This document shows positions 24,680-36,931 of a DNA stretch of 64,000 nt, piece after piece. A model generated the notes under the pieces. The model was not told the origin of the DNA, searched no databases, and saw only the letters and a list, made by a program, of their open reading frames with translations. Origin of the DNA: Octopus sinensis (Eukaryota); the NCBI RefSeq assembly GCF_006345805.1, contig NC_043014.1:18600001-18664000 (forward strand), read 5' to 3'. A program made the position numbers and the translations under genes. The stretch's first letter is position 1. The number at the start of each line of letters is the position of its first letter.

Positions 24680-25930
24680 TCGCTCACACAAATATGTATA
24701 TGTCTGAGTGTGCGTGCGTATATATATATATATTTTCCGTTCTAAAGTCATTTCGTTATATCTTAAGCGTACATGCCTATTATTCAAAGGTTATCAAAGT
24801 AATTATGTTAATGATTATATTCATTACTAATTATTATATTATAGGATTATGTGTTTATACATTCAGATATATGTTGGGATCGTGTACTTAATATTCATAT
24901 TTGGGTTTCCTGTATACATCTATGATTATTACGTGGATTTATTTGGTTATTTCGTCATCAAAATTGATTTCATTGATAGATGTATAGTATTTTTATCTAA
25001 ATATTTTTATCTAAATAGAAAAATTATCATTTATAAAGCTTTGAACGAGAAACATTCAGTAACGGTACTCTAGAATAAATATTATTTGCCGTCCTGATTA
25101 AGACGAATGATGCTGCTATCACCTTTACTCTAAAAATGTACAATCTTCTACAGTTAATTAATAGGAATCAGTACTTAATTTTGTAATTACCATCATCATT
25201 AAACAGATTTTTAAGTATTGTATAATCTAACATAACATGGTGTATGCTATTTATGATTATTCTAGTTTAGGTTTCTAAGTAAAGTTATATTAATTATACG
25301 TAAATTTTAATTCATATCTTCCAAAATTTGTATTGAGATTAAAATGTATATTATTCTTTGGTTAATTAGTGCATGTCAATGCTCAGGATTATCATTACTA
25401 TCATAAAGAGTATATTTAAATATTTCATAATGCAATGAGGTATATATTATTTTCTTTTTTTTTAAATACTACTAACCTTGCAAGTTTAATATTTATGCTT
25501 GGATTAAAAGTAGTTATATTATCTGATAGATGGTAAAGGTTCATGTTCTTTATTATTATTGAAATGAAATTCAAGCACTGTATAATATAGTATAAGCTAT
25601 TTATATTTGTTATTTCCAATTAATTTAATTTCTGTTTGACCTTTAAATTAAGCCATAGTTACTATACTATTTCAGTGTTTAATGTTAGGTTTAAATTACC
25701 ATCCGTTTAATAAATTTATTTAATATTCTAGATCATATCAATATTAATTATAACAAATTATAATAGTTTAATGATTGCTTATATTTATAGCCTATTTGAT
25801 ACATTTTTTAGGCTTTCTAGAATCATAATAATGTTAATCATTACAAATAAAATATGCATCTTTCTACAGCCATTGAATTTACGTTTAGATGCTATAAGCT
25901 TAAATTATTACTACTTGTTTTATATCCTTT

Positions 25931-26389
25931 ACATTCGACGGATATTTGTCCCCATCTTGTTTGTTGTTAACACAACATTTCGGCTGGTATAGCCTCCAGC
26001 CTTCTGCAGGTGTCTTGGGGAAATGTCGAAGCTGGGTTCTTATTACTAAGGTATGTTTCGATGTTATTATTATTATCATTCAGGTCACCGCTTGGAATCG
26101 AACTCGGAATCTTGAGGTTAGTAGTACGCGCTCTTAACCACTACGGGCTAACAACAACAACAACAAAAACAACAACAACAACAACAACAATAATAATATC
26201 ATCGAAAAATGCATTAGGAATGAGAACCCAGGTTTGAAATTTCCCCAAGACACCTACAAAAGGCTGGAGATTATATCAGCTGAAAAGTTGTTAACAACAA
26301 ACAAGATGAGGACAAATATCTGTCGAATGTAAATAATGTAAAAAATGTACATAATTCCTCATCTCTTAAATATAGAACTGTATTGTTTT
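25931..26389 (-). mobile_element. tRNA-headed SINE (family D) with hammerhead-like body and an inverted headless duplicate
   Basis: Minus-strand head at 26081-26150: TAGCCCGTAGTGGTTAAG (A-box) … GAGTTCGATTCC (B-box), then an (AAT)n linker and body 26062-25931. The plus-strand 26196-26389 is an inverted second body preceded by (AAC/AAT)n. Confidence 0.75.
25969..26014 (-). ncRNA. Candidate minimal type-I hammerhead ribozyme inside SINE D
   Basis: GACAC / CUGCAGA / A / GGCUGG-AGGCUAUA-CCAGCC / GAAA-UG-U-U / GUGUU: 5-bp stem I, 6-bp stem II, GUU triplet, A6 replaced by C. A more decayed twin lies at 26249-26292 (+). Confidence 0.6.
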
Positions 26390-26816
26390 ATATCCTATTT
26401 ATACTCAGCTACAAGCTGAAAGTACTGAAGACACTGAAAATACTGGAAAGGAAACTGGAGATAGAGAGGGAAGTACTGCCCCACCAAGTAATTTTGTTGA
26501 AAGGTGGGTGAATGTTGCGAAAGTGACTCGAGTGAATTGTCTTGCTCTGGATATACGTCTGAAAGCCGGAGTAGTTGAGGGGAAGAGGGGTGCCTATCTG
26601 CCGTGCTCTTTACAGTCAGGGTGACCAGGATGTGTGTGCATGGATGGGCCCTGGGCGGAACTCCCCTGCATTGGGGAATTTTGCAGTTAGATTTTTTGGT
26701 AACTATTTTTGTTTTTTATTGTTTACAGGTTTTCTGTGTTAAACCCTACTTATCCCTTGTTTTATAATGTCACCATATGTTTTTGTATTCGGCCCTTCCG
26801 GCCAATAAAGAAAAGA

Positions 26817-26847
<31 letters not shown>

Positions 26848-26863
26848 TATCATATCATCATCA

Positions 26864-26951
<88 letters not shown>

Positions 26952-26974
26952 TACTACTACTATTATTTATTATT

Positions 26975-27400
26975 TGTCTTTATCACAGATTTTGCTGGAG
27001 CTCCTGGAGTCTTGCATGCGTAGCGGGCTTACTACCTGCAGCCTACGGTAGTAAACTTGCTATGCATGCTATTCGTTCTTTTCAGCTATCTAATGCTTTC
27101 CCTATTATTCTGGCCGTGCCAAGGGGGGAAAGCCTATCTAACAGTTCTACTGGGCACTCTATCCAATTTCCTTTATATTCCCCATGATGCCTTCGGTTCC
27201 CAAGCATCCAACAATAGTTGGCACTATTTTCACCTCCTTCATTTTCTATAATTGGGCTATTTCGTACTTAAGAGGGTTGAATTTGTCTATCTTTTCGCCT
27301 TCCTTCTTGACTATTCGAGGGTCAAGAGGGCATGTAACATCAACTATATAGCATATGTGGTTCATGTTGACGACCATCACCATGTCCGGTCTGTTGTCCT
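26975..27400 (-). mobile_element. RLE-type LINE 3' fragment
   Basis: DNRPDMVMVVNMNHICYIVDVTCPLDPRIVKKEGEKIDKFNPLKYEIAQL*KMRKVKIVPTIVGCLG…LGTARII (PD-(D/E)xK nuclease); it runs into (AAT)n at 26820-26970. Confidence 0.85.
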
Positions 27401-28225
27401 CTAGCACCTGATATGTTTGGATTTCTTGTGATGCTCTTATTTTCATTGTAATTGAAAATGTTTTACGTCGGACGTGTTCGGTGCCTAGTAGTGCTACTTT
27501 TTCTATGTTATATATACTTGTAAATCCTGGTATCTTTGCCATGTATTTGTCTGAATCTTTTTTATCACCCCTAATGCACCAACTAGGATCCAACTATGAT
27601 AAGAATTGTGTCCGATTTTAGGCTCTACGTTTGACTTATCTCTATTTTCAGATCTTTGTATTTAGAAAGTTTCTCCGAAACATTGTCATCTGTTAGTATT
27701 GATACATCGATTAGAAAGCATTTTTTCTTGTTTATCTCTGACAACTATATCCGGCCTATTGACCTTAATTTCTTTATCTGTGTGTATTGGCATATACCAA
27801 AGTATGTTTGCTTTCTCATTTTCTGTGACCTTTTCTGGCGTGTGTCTATACCATGTTTTTTCTGTTGTTATTCCATAGTGTTGGCATAGCTTCCAGTGTA
27901 TGTAGGTCCCAACTCTGTCGTGTCTGTGAATGTATTCCTTCTTAGCCAGAACTGGGGGGGGGGGCAGAGACAGCATGATTTATTGTCTCTTCTCCATCTC
28001 CACATATTCTGCAGTTTATCTATTTTCATTACATGGTGATATTTGGTGGGTATGTTTTGATCTTGTGCTGTAATTAAAAGTCGGTCAGTCTCTGCTTTGA
28101 GTTCTGAGCTTCCCAGCCATTGTTCGGATTCTGTTTTGTTTATTTCTTTTCTATTTAGTTTAACCTAGTATTTGCCATGAAGGGGCTTTTCTTGCCATCA
28201 TTTTGATATGATCCATTGCTGTTCT
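27400..28225 (-). mobile_element. R4/Dong-like RLE LINE 3' fragment
   Basis: …PLHGKY…WLGSSELKAETDRLLITAQDQNIPT…LAKKEYIHRHDRVGTYIHWKLC…NRPDIVVRDK…KVALLGTEHVRRKT; stops and frameshifts present. Confidence 0.9.
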
Positions 28226-28369
28226 AGTTTCAGTTTGTTGCTGTTGTTGTTGTTGTTTTTGTTGTTGCTCTTCTTCTTCTTCTTCTTCTTTTCTTCTTCT
28301 TCTTCTTCTTCTTCTTCTTCTTCTTTTTCTTCTTCTTCTTCTTTTTCTTCTTCTTTTCTTCTTCTTTTT

Positions 28370-28400
<31 letters not shown>

Positions 28401-28424
28401 TTATTATTATTATTATTGAGTGAG

Positions 28425-28900
28425 TGAGAGAACAATACATGCCATCAAGGTGACACTGAGGCAAAATATACGAAGCACAGTATACCTATGATGACTAACC
28501 ATCACCAGGCACATGCATCACAGCCATATGTGATGATCTCATATCAAGATAAACAGCGCATGACCTTGCAGTTGGGACCCAGTTAGAACTTTCTTCAGTT
28601 TGAGTAGTCAATCCCACCCAAAACGTCCATGAAAAAAGGTTGTTTAAGGATGCTGAACAAAACACCCATGTTTCCAAAGGTGAGTTATCCAAACCCCAAA
28701 TAATTCCTCTCAACACATGACTATGATGCTCTCCCGCTACTTCTTCTTATGATCAAAGATGCACATATCGTCAGCCACTAAGTGACATGCCCAATTGGTT
28801 ATGGTCAAACAACTGACAAGCAAAACTGTGGTATTAAGCAGAATATTTGCTGTAGCCCATCTTTTATACCAAGACAAAACAATGTACATGATAACACATC
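28425..28900 (-). repeat. Interspersed repeat ending in an (AAT)n tail, probably a LINE 3' UTR; second copy at 61010-61473
   Basis: The two collinear copies share e.g. TCATATCAAGATAAACAGCGC and CCCATGTTTCCAAAGGTGA; both abut (ATT)n tracts. Confidence 0.75.
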
Positions 28901-29059
28901 CAATCAGTTAAGTCCAGAAGCTATGAGAGCAACTGCCTGGTACTGCATCAGAGCATTTTATTCTGTATCAGGGCCGTTTACTGCATCCGTTATCAGAGCA
29001 TTGGTACTGCATCAGGACATTGGTATTAGATCAGGGCATTGTTATTATTGTTACTCTGA

Positions 29060-29345
29060 AAGACTCTCGGAAAGCAGGCAATAACAAATTACCAAAGGTT
29101 TCAAGTAGAGCCTTCTCCGGTGACTGAAAGAGACAATACTCTCCTTGGAATGTGTGCTGTATCCAACAATGCAGTCTTCTGGATCACTTCATGTCTGACA
29201 GCAGCTCCACTATTCTTAATATGTTTTTCAAAGCTCTTGAACACTGCTCCTAATGCTCCAATTAGCAGCGGTATCACCATTACTTTCCTCATGCCTCATG
29301 ACTTTCCTATCTCTTCGCGCAGTGGCTGGTATTTCTTAATCTATT
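29060..29345 (-). mobile_element. RLE-type LINE C-terminal fragment
   Basis: MRKVMVIPLLIGALGAVFKSFEKHIKNSGAAVRHEVIQKTALLDTAHIPRRVL is a typical RLE C-terminus; it abuts (ATT)n at 29360-29430. Confidence 0.85.
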
Positions 29346-29360
29346 ATGTTTCCGTACATT

Positions 29361-29435
<75 letters not shown>

Positions 29436-29934
29436 TGATATGTATATAGTAAATGAAATCAACAGCAGAAGACAAAATCAAATACAGAAAACAATACGAG
29501 TACAAGGGATGTTTACAGTTAATGTTATTAAACTGACACGCATGGAAGGAGAAAGTTATCAGCTTAAATATATAAAGCAAAAGTATAAGGTCTCGGACAC
29601 AGTCCTTCGACGGTTCTACAGTATAAAATCCAGTGAATAGGAGAAAATAACGAAGGAAAAGAAATAGGAAAGGAGAACTAGGAAAAAATATCACGTGGGC
29701 ATCTCACATGTTCGATTTTAGACATACAGTGAGTGTCAGGGGTAATTGTGGGTTTGAATGGGAGGAGTGTGCTAACACACATACGTATAAATATGTGTAT
29801 ATCACACACGTACAAACGCACACGCACGTACGCGCGCACACACATACATACACACATGTAGATACATATGTATGTATATATGTATTTATTATATATATAC
29901 ATATTTGTGTGTGTGTGTGTATATGTATGTATGT

Positions 29935-29973
<39 letters not shown>

Positions 29974-30289
29974 CATACATACATACATACATACAACATA
30001 CATACATACATACATAATACATAGATATAGATATAGATTCTCCGTATACAATGCACTTCATAGTGCTCAAGATGTTTAAGCTTGAACAGTTAGAGGAGTA
30101 AATATAAGGATTAGCAAGTTACGTAAGCCGATATATATTTAATACAAGAAATATGCATATGTTTACATATAAAAAGGTTTGACTTATTCAGAACAGGAAT
30201 TAACGGAGTTGAATAAGAGCTTTATGTGTTGGACCTTTTTATATGTAAACATATGTAGATTTTTGTATTAAATGTATTTAATATTCTTT

Positions 30290-30368
30290 GTCCATCGAAC
30301 TGCCTAACTTGCTTATCCTTACATTTACTCTTCTCTCTCTCTCGCTCACTCTCTCTTTCTCTCTTTCT

Positions 30369-30406
<38 letters not shown>

Positions 30407-30650
30407 TGGCTTAACAGCCCTCACCGTTTGTTTTTACTGTCTCCTCACTGTCCTGTTCTTGTTACTACTTTCACCCCGCGCAAAAAATCTCAAGTAGATG
30501 AAACAGGGACAACTGATGAAGGGGGAATATTCTTTATGCTGTGTGTCTCATTTCTCTGTTCGTTTTTTTTCGTTGTTCGAAAAAAAATTCGTTTTCTATG
30601 TTTTTGTTTTTAAGTTTTCGTTCTCATTGTTTTCAACGTTTTTTGATGTC
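30290..30650 (+). repeat. Interspersed repeat, possibly PLE terminal repeat; second copy at about 54190-54850
   Basis: Shared CT-rich lead, …CCGC(G)CAAAA(A/G)ATCTCAA…GTAGATGAAAC…ACTGA(T/A)GAAGG…TTTTTGATGTCCTG-like tail. The PLE origin is inference. Confidence 0.6.
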
Positions 30651-30686
30651 CTGATATACATATAATATATATATATATATATATAT

Positions 30687-30742
<56 letters not shown>

Positions 30743-30814
30743 GTTATATATCATATATATACATGTATGTACATATATGTATGTATATATGCATATATAT
30801 ATATATATTATTTA

Positions 30815-31620
30815 TCTCTCTATATATAAAACTGAGAATGTGTGTCTGTCTGTCTGTGTTTTTCCCTAAAACTTGAGAACTACACAACCAATTTCATTCA
30901 AATTTTACACATGCCTTACTTAGCGTCCGGGGAGTGTCATCGGCAAAAACAATTTTTTACTTTTTGCCTAGGGCGAGCCCACAGCAATATCATATCTTCT
31001 CCACTACGATTCCCTAAAACTTGAGAACCACACAACCAATTTCATTCAAATTTTACACCTGCCTTACTTAGGGTCCATGTAGTTTCATGGGCAAAAACAA
31101 ATGTTCAACATCTTGCCTGGTGCGATCCCATAGCAATATCATATCTTCTCCACTATTTCAGTATTACGTGTTAAAAGTGAAACAAAAACGTTTCTCTATT
31201 TTATGTCAGATACGTTCACTTTAACAATAAAAATATTGATAACAATTGAATTATATGTAGTAAGTAATAATTAAAATCAAACTAAAGTATAATATAATCG
31301 CAACATAACAAAAGTAAAAATAGCAATTGGTATAAAATTGCATCAATGACTTGAACTTGAATAAGTTGTTTCACATGAATAGGAATAAATTAAAAATAAA
31401 ATTAGCGTGCAGAAATGGAATAGTCCTACAATTCCAGTCTATTATATGTTTTCAGTATTATTATCACTAGCGATATCAAGATATAACTTTGTATTTTGTA
31501 TTTTATGTGTAGATGTATATATACATAAAGATGTACATGTAATATGTACACGTATATATATATACACATATATACATGCGCTAGCACCATGACACGGGCA
31601 AAGACGGGTCATAATGCTAG
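30815..31620 (+). mobile_element. Complete non-autonomous Helitron with an internal 148-bp tandem duplication
   Basis: A|TCTCTCTATATATAAAACTGAG … GACACGGGCAAAGACGGGTCATAATGCTAG|T; the repeated unit starts at 30863 and 31011. Confidence 0.8.
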
Positions 31621-32149
31621 TATTATATATATATACATTTGTGTTTGTATGTGTGTACTAGTAGAATATTCGTCCTCGCGCTGTCTGAAAATCTGGTCTT
31701 ACTGCAGACGTATTCGGTTTAATAGAGCATTGTTAAATTTTTATTGTAAGAAACGGAATTATCATCCAATATGTGGCTAGCTGTGTGAACCGTCCAGCAC
31801 CTAGCGGTCTGTATGACACATGAATTCTTAATTTCATGATTAATCTGTGTAAATGACATGTATCAAATGAATAAAACTAAGAAAGAACAAAAGATTAAGT
31901 AAACATGAAAATAAATGCGAAAATATTTTCACTGAATATCTTAGTTTTCTTATTGTTCAATTGTTAAAAATACTGGAAACCTATAGATACAGAAGTGTCA
32001 GGTGGAAATTATATTATTTCATATCCACTCATGGGAATAAAATCATTATTATAACGTGCGGAAGCAGAAGAGTATTGAAGGAACCCAAACAGCTCAGTAA
32101 TGGTATTGCAATATATGCATTGATAAAAATGTTATATTTTATTTCCATA

Positions 32150-32535
32150 GGCGGAGGAGTGGCTGTGTGGTAAGTAGCTTGCTTACGAACCACGTGATTC
32201 CGGGTTCCGTCCCAGTACGTGGCATCTTGGACAAGTGTCTTATAGCCTCGGGTCGACCAAAGCCTTGTCTGTGGATTTGTTAGACGGAAACTGAAAGAAG
32301 CCCATCGTATATATGTGTGCGTGTGTGTGTGTTTGTCCCCCCAACATCGCTTGACAACTGATGCTGGTGTGTTTACCTGCCCGTAAGTTAGCGCTTCAGC
32401 CAAAGAGACTAATACAATAAGTGGTAGGCTAAAAACGAATAAATACTGGGGTTGATTTGTGTGATGAAAGGTAGTGCTCCAGCTTGGCCGCAGTGACATG
32501 ACTGAAACAAATAAAAGAGTAAAATAATAAAAGAA
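32150..32535 (+). mobile_element. SINE family A
   Basis: GGCGGAGGAGTGGCTGTGTGGTAAG head through …GACTGAAACAAATAAAAGAG tail. Confidence 0.9.
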
Positions 32536-32614
32536 TAAGAGTAGCTGTGGTATAAAGGACCGTGTATGATACGTCTATGCAAATCATAGCCCTACAAATT
32601 CTGAATGTGGCCAT

Positions 32615-32851
32615 CTTTTATTCTTTTATTCGTTTCAGTCATTTGATTGCGGCTATGCTGGAGCACTGCCTTTAGTCGAACAAATCGACCACAGGACTCA
32701 TTCTTTGTAAGCCTAATGCTTATTTTATCGGTCTCTTTTGCCGAACGACAAAGTTACGGGGAAGTAAACACGCCAGCATCGGTTGTCAAGCAATGGTGGG
32801 GTGACAAACACAGACACACAAACGTACGCACGCACGCACGCACGCACGCAT

Positions 32852-32930
<79 letters not shown>

Positions 32931-33088
32931 AGCCCGGCTTCTTTCAGTCTCCGTGTACCAAATCTACTCACAAGGCTTTGGCCGGCCCGAGGCTATAGTA
33001 GAAAACACTTGCCAAAGGTGCCACGCAGTGGAATTGAACCCGAAACCATGTGGTTGGTAAACAAGCTACTTACGACAAAGCCACTCCT
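32615..33088 (-). mobile_element. SINE family A
   Basis: Full-length reverse-complement copy with an internal (CA)n. Confidence 0.9.
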
Positions 33089-33510
33089 CAACACGTTTGT
33101 ATATAAATCATTTGCTTTACGAACACGCTCATAAAGAAGTCAATAGGGCTCCCAACTCTTAAGTATACTTCATAAAATTGGCTGTAAGCAGAACAGGATC
33201 CTTCAAGATGCAAAATCAGCAGTATTCAGTGTTTACCCTCGAAATTTATACGTTCAAATAACAAACCTGGATATTCCTGGATGAACATATGAATAGAATG
33301 CTTATTAAACATTTATAGTCTTGAACCTAAATCTTCTTAAATATGGCATAGCCATGATAATCAGCATTATTGTGGATATGTGTTTTAACTAAAGCTTTTG
33401 TTGTTGTATAACTGAAAGTTCTAATTTTAATACTCTGGACTATTTCTAAAGGATCCACAGCAATGTTTATATTGATTCGAATATTTAAAGTAAATGCTTG
33501 AAACAGGTAT

Positions 33511-33912
33511 TACTCTTTTACTATTTTACTTGTTTCAGTGATTTGACTGGAGCACCGCCTTTAGTCGAGCAAATCGACCCCATGACTTATTCTTTGTAAG
33601 CCTAGTACTTATTCTATCGGTCTCTTTTGCCGAACTGCTAAGTTACGGGGACGTAAACACACTACCATCGGCTGTCAAGCGATGTGGGGGGGGGGCAAAC
33701 ACATACACACAAACACATGTACACACATATACATATATACACATATATGCGACGGGCTTCTTTCAGTTTCCGTCTACCAAATCTACTCACAAGGCTTTGG
33801 TCGACCCGCGGCTATAGTAGAAGACAATTGCCCAAGGTGCCACGCAGTGAGACTGAACCCGGAACCTTGTGGCTGGTAAACAAGCTACTTACCACACAGT
33901 CATTCCTACGCC
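33511..33912 (-). mobile_element. SINE family A
   Basis: Full-length reverse-complement copy. Confidence 0.9.
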
Positions 33913-34220
33913 TATAGCTACTTATCACACAGCTACTCTTATAGTTTAATTTGTACTCAGAATATTTTTTGAACAGATACTTCTGTTTTAATTAATGGTG
34001 TTGCAGCTTGATATTAACCGGAACATTTGATTGGAGCTGGATCCATGGCTCAGTGCTGTTAGAAAGGAAATTCCGCGTCCAATGCGTGACAACTCTAAAA
34101 AGACTGATTCTGATGTTGCAGAAGCTTTGATGATTTTAGAATTTTGTTTCCTTTGGAATCAGTGGCTGGATCTGACAACACCATTGTTGCCACTATCATT
34201 TATGGTCTATTGTTACACAA

Positions 34221-34405
34221 GGCGTAGGGGTGGATGTGTGGTAAGTAGCTATACGTGTAGGAGTTACTGTGTGGTAAGTAACTTGCTTACCAACCGCATG
34301 GTTCCGGGTGCAGTCCCTCTGCGTGGCACCTTGGGCAATTGTCTTCTACTATAGCCTCGGGTCGACCACAGTCAAATGACTGAAACAAGTAAAGGAGTAA
34401 AAGAG
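34221..34405 (+). mobile_element. SINE family A, internally deleted, with a duplicated head start
   Basis: TGTGTGGTAAGTAGCT and TGTGTGGTAAGTAACT occur in tandem; the head is fused directly to the tail …CAGTCAAATGACTGAAACAAGTAAAGGAG. Confidence 0.85.
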
Positions 34406-36453
34406 TAAGTCCTACAATAAAATGCTGAGAACCTCCAGGGTTTCTTTTGTTCCTCTGTTGATCAACATATTTTAAAATCATGTCATGTTCTGAAATTCTT
34501 GCCTATGCTATAAGTAAGTTCATAATTTTCCCACCAATGCAAGAGGCGTTTGAAAACAGAATGTTTCTCTCTTCCCAGGAATGAGTGTCACTGTAGTGCC
34601 TGAAGTGATATGTGCAATAGTTATAAAATATACAACTATAGAGATTGTGTTGGTGGTTGGTTTTTGTTAGTTGTCTTGACCTGTTCTGATCGAGAATACG
34701 TAAATGAATATGTGTTCACAGCATGATTTTACGTAGTGTTAAAACAGTAAGGTGATATTCGTGGGAAAATTGATAGCCAATATTTGTAGACCACCGAACG
34801 CTATAAAATGCTCGTTCATTATCGACCTGTAGGTTAATTTTCTATTTATGACCGAGCTATTCGGGATTCGAGGTTGTTTAATGAATTATTCAATCGTTTA
34901 CCAAGAGTTATCCTAAATGTGTAATCCTCCTTTGGATCTCCCAAAATCTTCTTCATTCCTCTACATTGAATTCTGTTCCATTTATTTTCTTTCACTGGTT
35001 TCAATTGTCACTGCGTCTTTCCATGGAACACAAGTTTCTACACTCTAAAACACTTTATTTCTATTATTCTTATCGAACGATCCGTATTAAATGAACTTCA
35101 GGGGATAACAAGCAAAGTGGAAGAGGATAGATTGTAGCCACTCCTACACATTTCTAATTTTGCCCGCACATCGGAAAAAAAACCTCATTCACGATTCTGA
35201 AACATCACATCATTTCAGTGTCTTTGCAAAGATATATCTCTATCGACTAAATTATGTCTAAAATACGTATTTAACAGTATGATTTCTGAATTTGTTAAGA
35301 AGTGAATGGAATCCAGGATATAACTGTTATGTATTTCTCTACGCAATATATCTTAGTAAAACCACCTTCACAAAATATTTCTTTAACAACTATGGTCGTT
35401 CGGCCAGCCTTATTTTGAATATAAATTTTCTTCAGATCTAACTCAATCATCTCAAAAATAGATTATTATTCCTTCTAAAGTAGTCTTGAACGTAATATAC
35501 CAGAAAGATATTAGAGGGTTACGTATTGAATGTTGGTCGAGCGACGTAAATTCCAAACACAGAGAAAGACTTTCCACATGAAAACATCCAAAATCAATCA
35601 CCTAGACAAAACAAACTCTAAAAGATCTAAAAATGGAAGTTTTTCTTCCGACATATTCACACAAATGCAACCAAACAACAGCACTTACATAAAGAATTGA
35701 ACATAAATACAAGATGCATCAGAATTTAACTAACAACTGCAACAATAATAAAATCATGAAATTGTTATCTCTCTGATCCACATAAATCAAAGCACAGCAT
35801 ACATGAAAAATTCCCGATACAGAAATAAACTTTGTAAATATAACATATTTTTAAAATCCTACAGTCCTCTAAACCACACGTCAACCTATAACAACACAAT
35901 CTTTCTATATCTTAAACCATACATGTATCGGGTTACGTTATACTAAAATCCTTACTTTATTATCCAGTCGCAATTTCTACAACTAATTCACTACTACGTT
36001 CCTTTCAACTATTTCAGAGTTATATGAAGTATTTGTTGATAAAATTGACGCTACGTTTTCAAGAATTCGGTAAGCTCACGTCAATAAATACCTTTTGTAT
36101 TATGATGCTTTTCTCGTGGAATCTTCTACAGTAATTAAACACTTGACTGAATCAGTATCATCGGATGAGAAAATTATGTAAAGATTATGTGAATTTCTCT
36201 ACTATTCTCAATAATTTATTATATATTTGTTTCAGTTGTTGGTCTGCAGCTATCGTGGGGCCCATGTCATAAGGGATTGAGTTGAAAAAATCAACACCAG
36301 AACTTATTTTGAAATCTGCTACTTATTCTGTCGGTTTCGTTGTCGAAATGTTGAGTTGCTGAGGATGTAAAGAAAGTAATATGTCGTCAAGCAGTAGTGG
36401 GTAACGAACACAAACACACCTACGCACATACACACACGCACATACACACACAC

Positions 36454-36490
<37 letters not shown>

Positions 36491-36627
36491 TAAAGGTCAC
36501 AAAAGTGATACAGGGTACTGACTGTGGCTAAAAAGAAGAGTTTTCTAGCAACTGTGTGCTTTGTATGTATGTATGTATGTATGTATGTATGTATGTATGT
36601 ATGTATGTATGTATGTATGTATGTATG

Positions 36628-36672
<45 letters not shown>

Positions 36673-36767
36673 ATATTCTTTACTTCTTTAAAATTCTTTA
36701 AACTGTTTCAGCTTCAAAATTGCGGCCATACCGGGGCATATATATATGTATATATATATATATATAA

Positions 36768-36861
<94 letters not shown>

Positions 36862-36931
36862 CATACATACATACAAAAGAATGAAAGAGTCTTCGATATT
36901 ATGTAAATATAGGAATGTATCTGTAATTATA

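Noticed and set aside
26081-26150. tRNA gene call (also the heads at 6560-6620, 7770-7834, 11140-11209, 39800-39890 and 51608-51650)
   Set aside because: A/B boxes are present but I see no complete cloverleaf, and the heads (except the isolated fragment at 51.6 kb) continue into repeat bodies; these are SINE heads.
26400-26700. GC-richer segment possibly from a gag/ORF1 zinc-knuckle region
   Set aside because: No clean CCHC motif in any frame.
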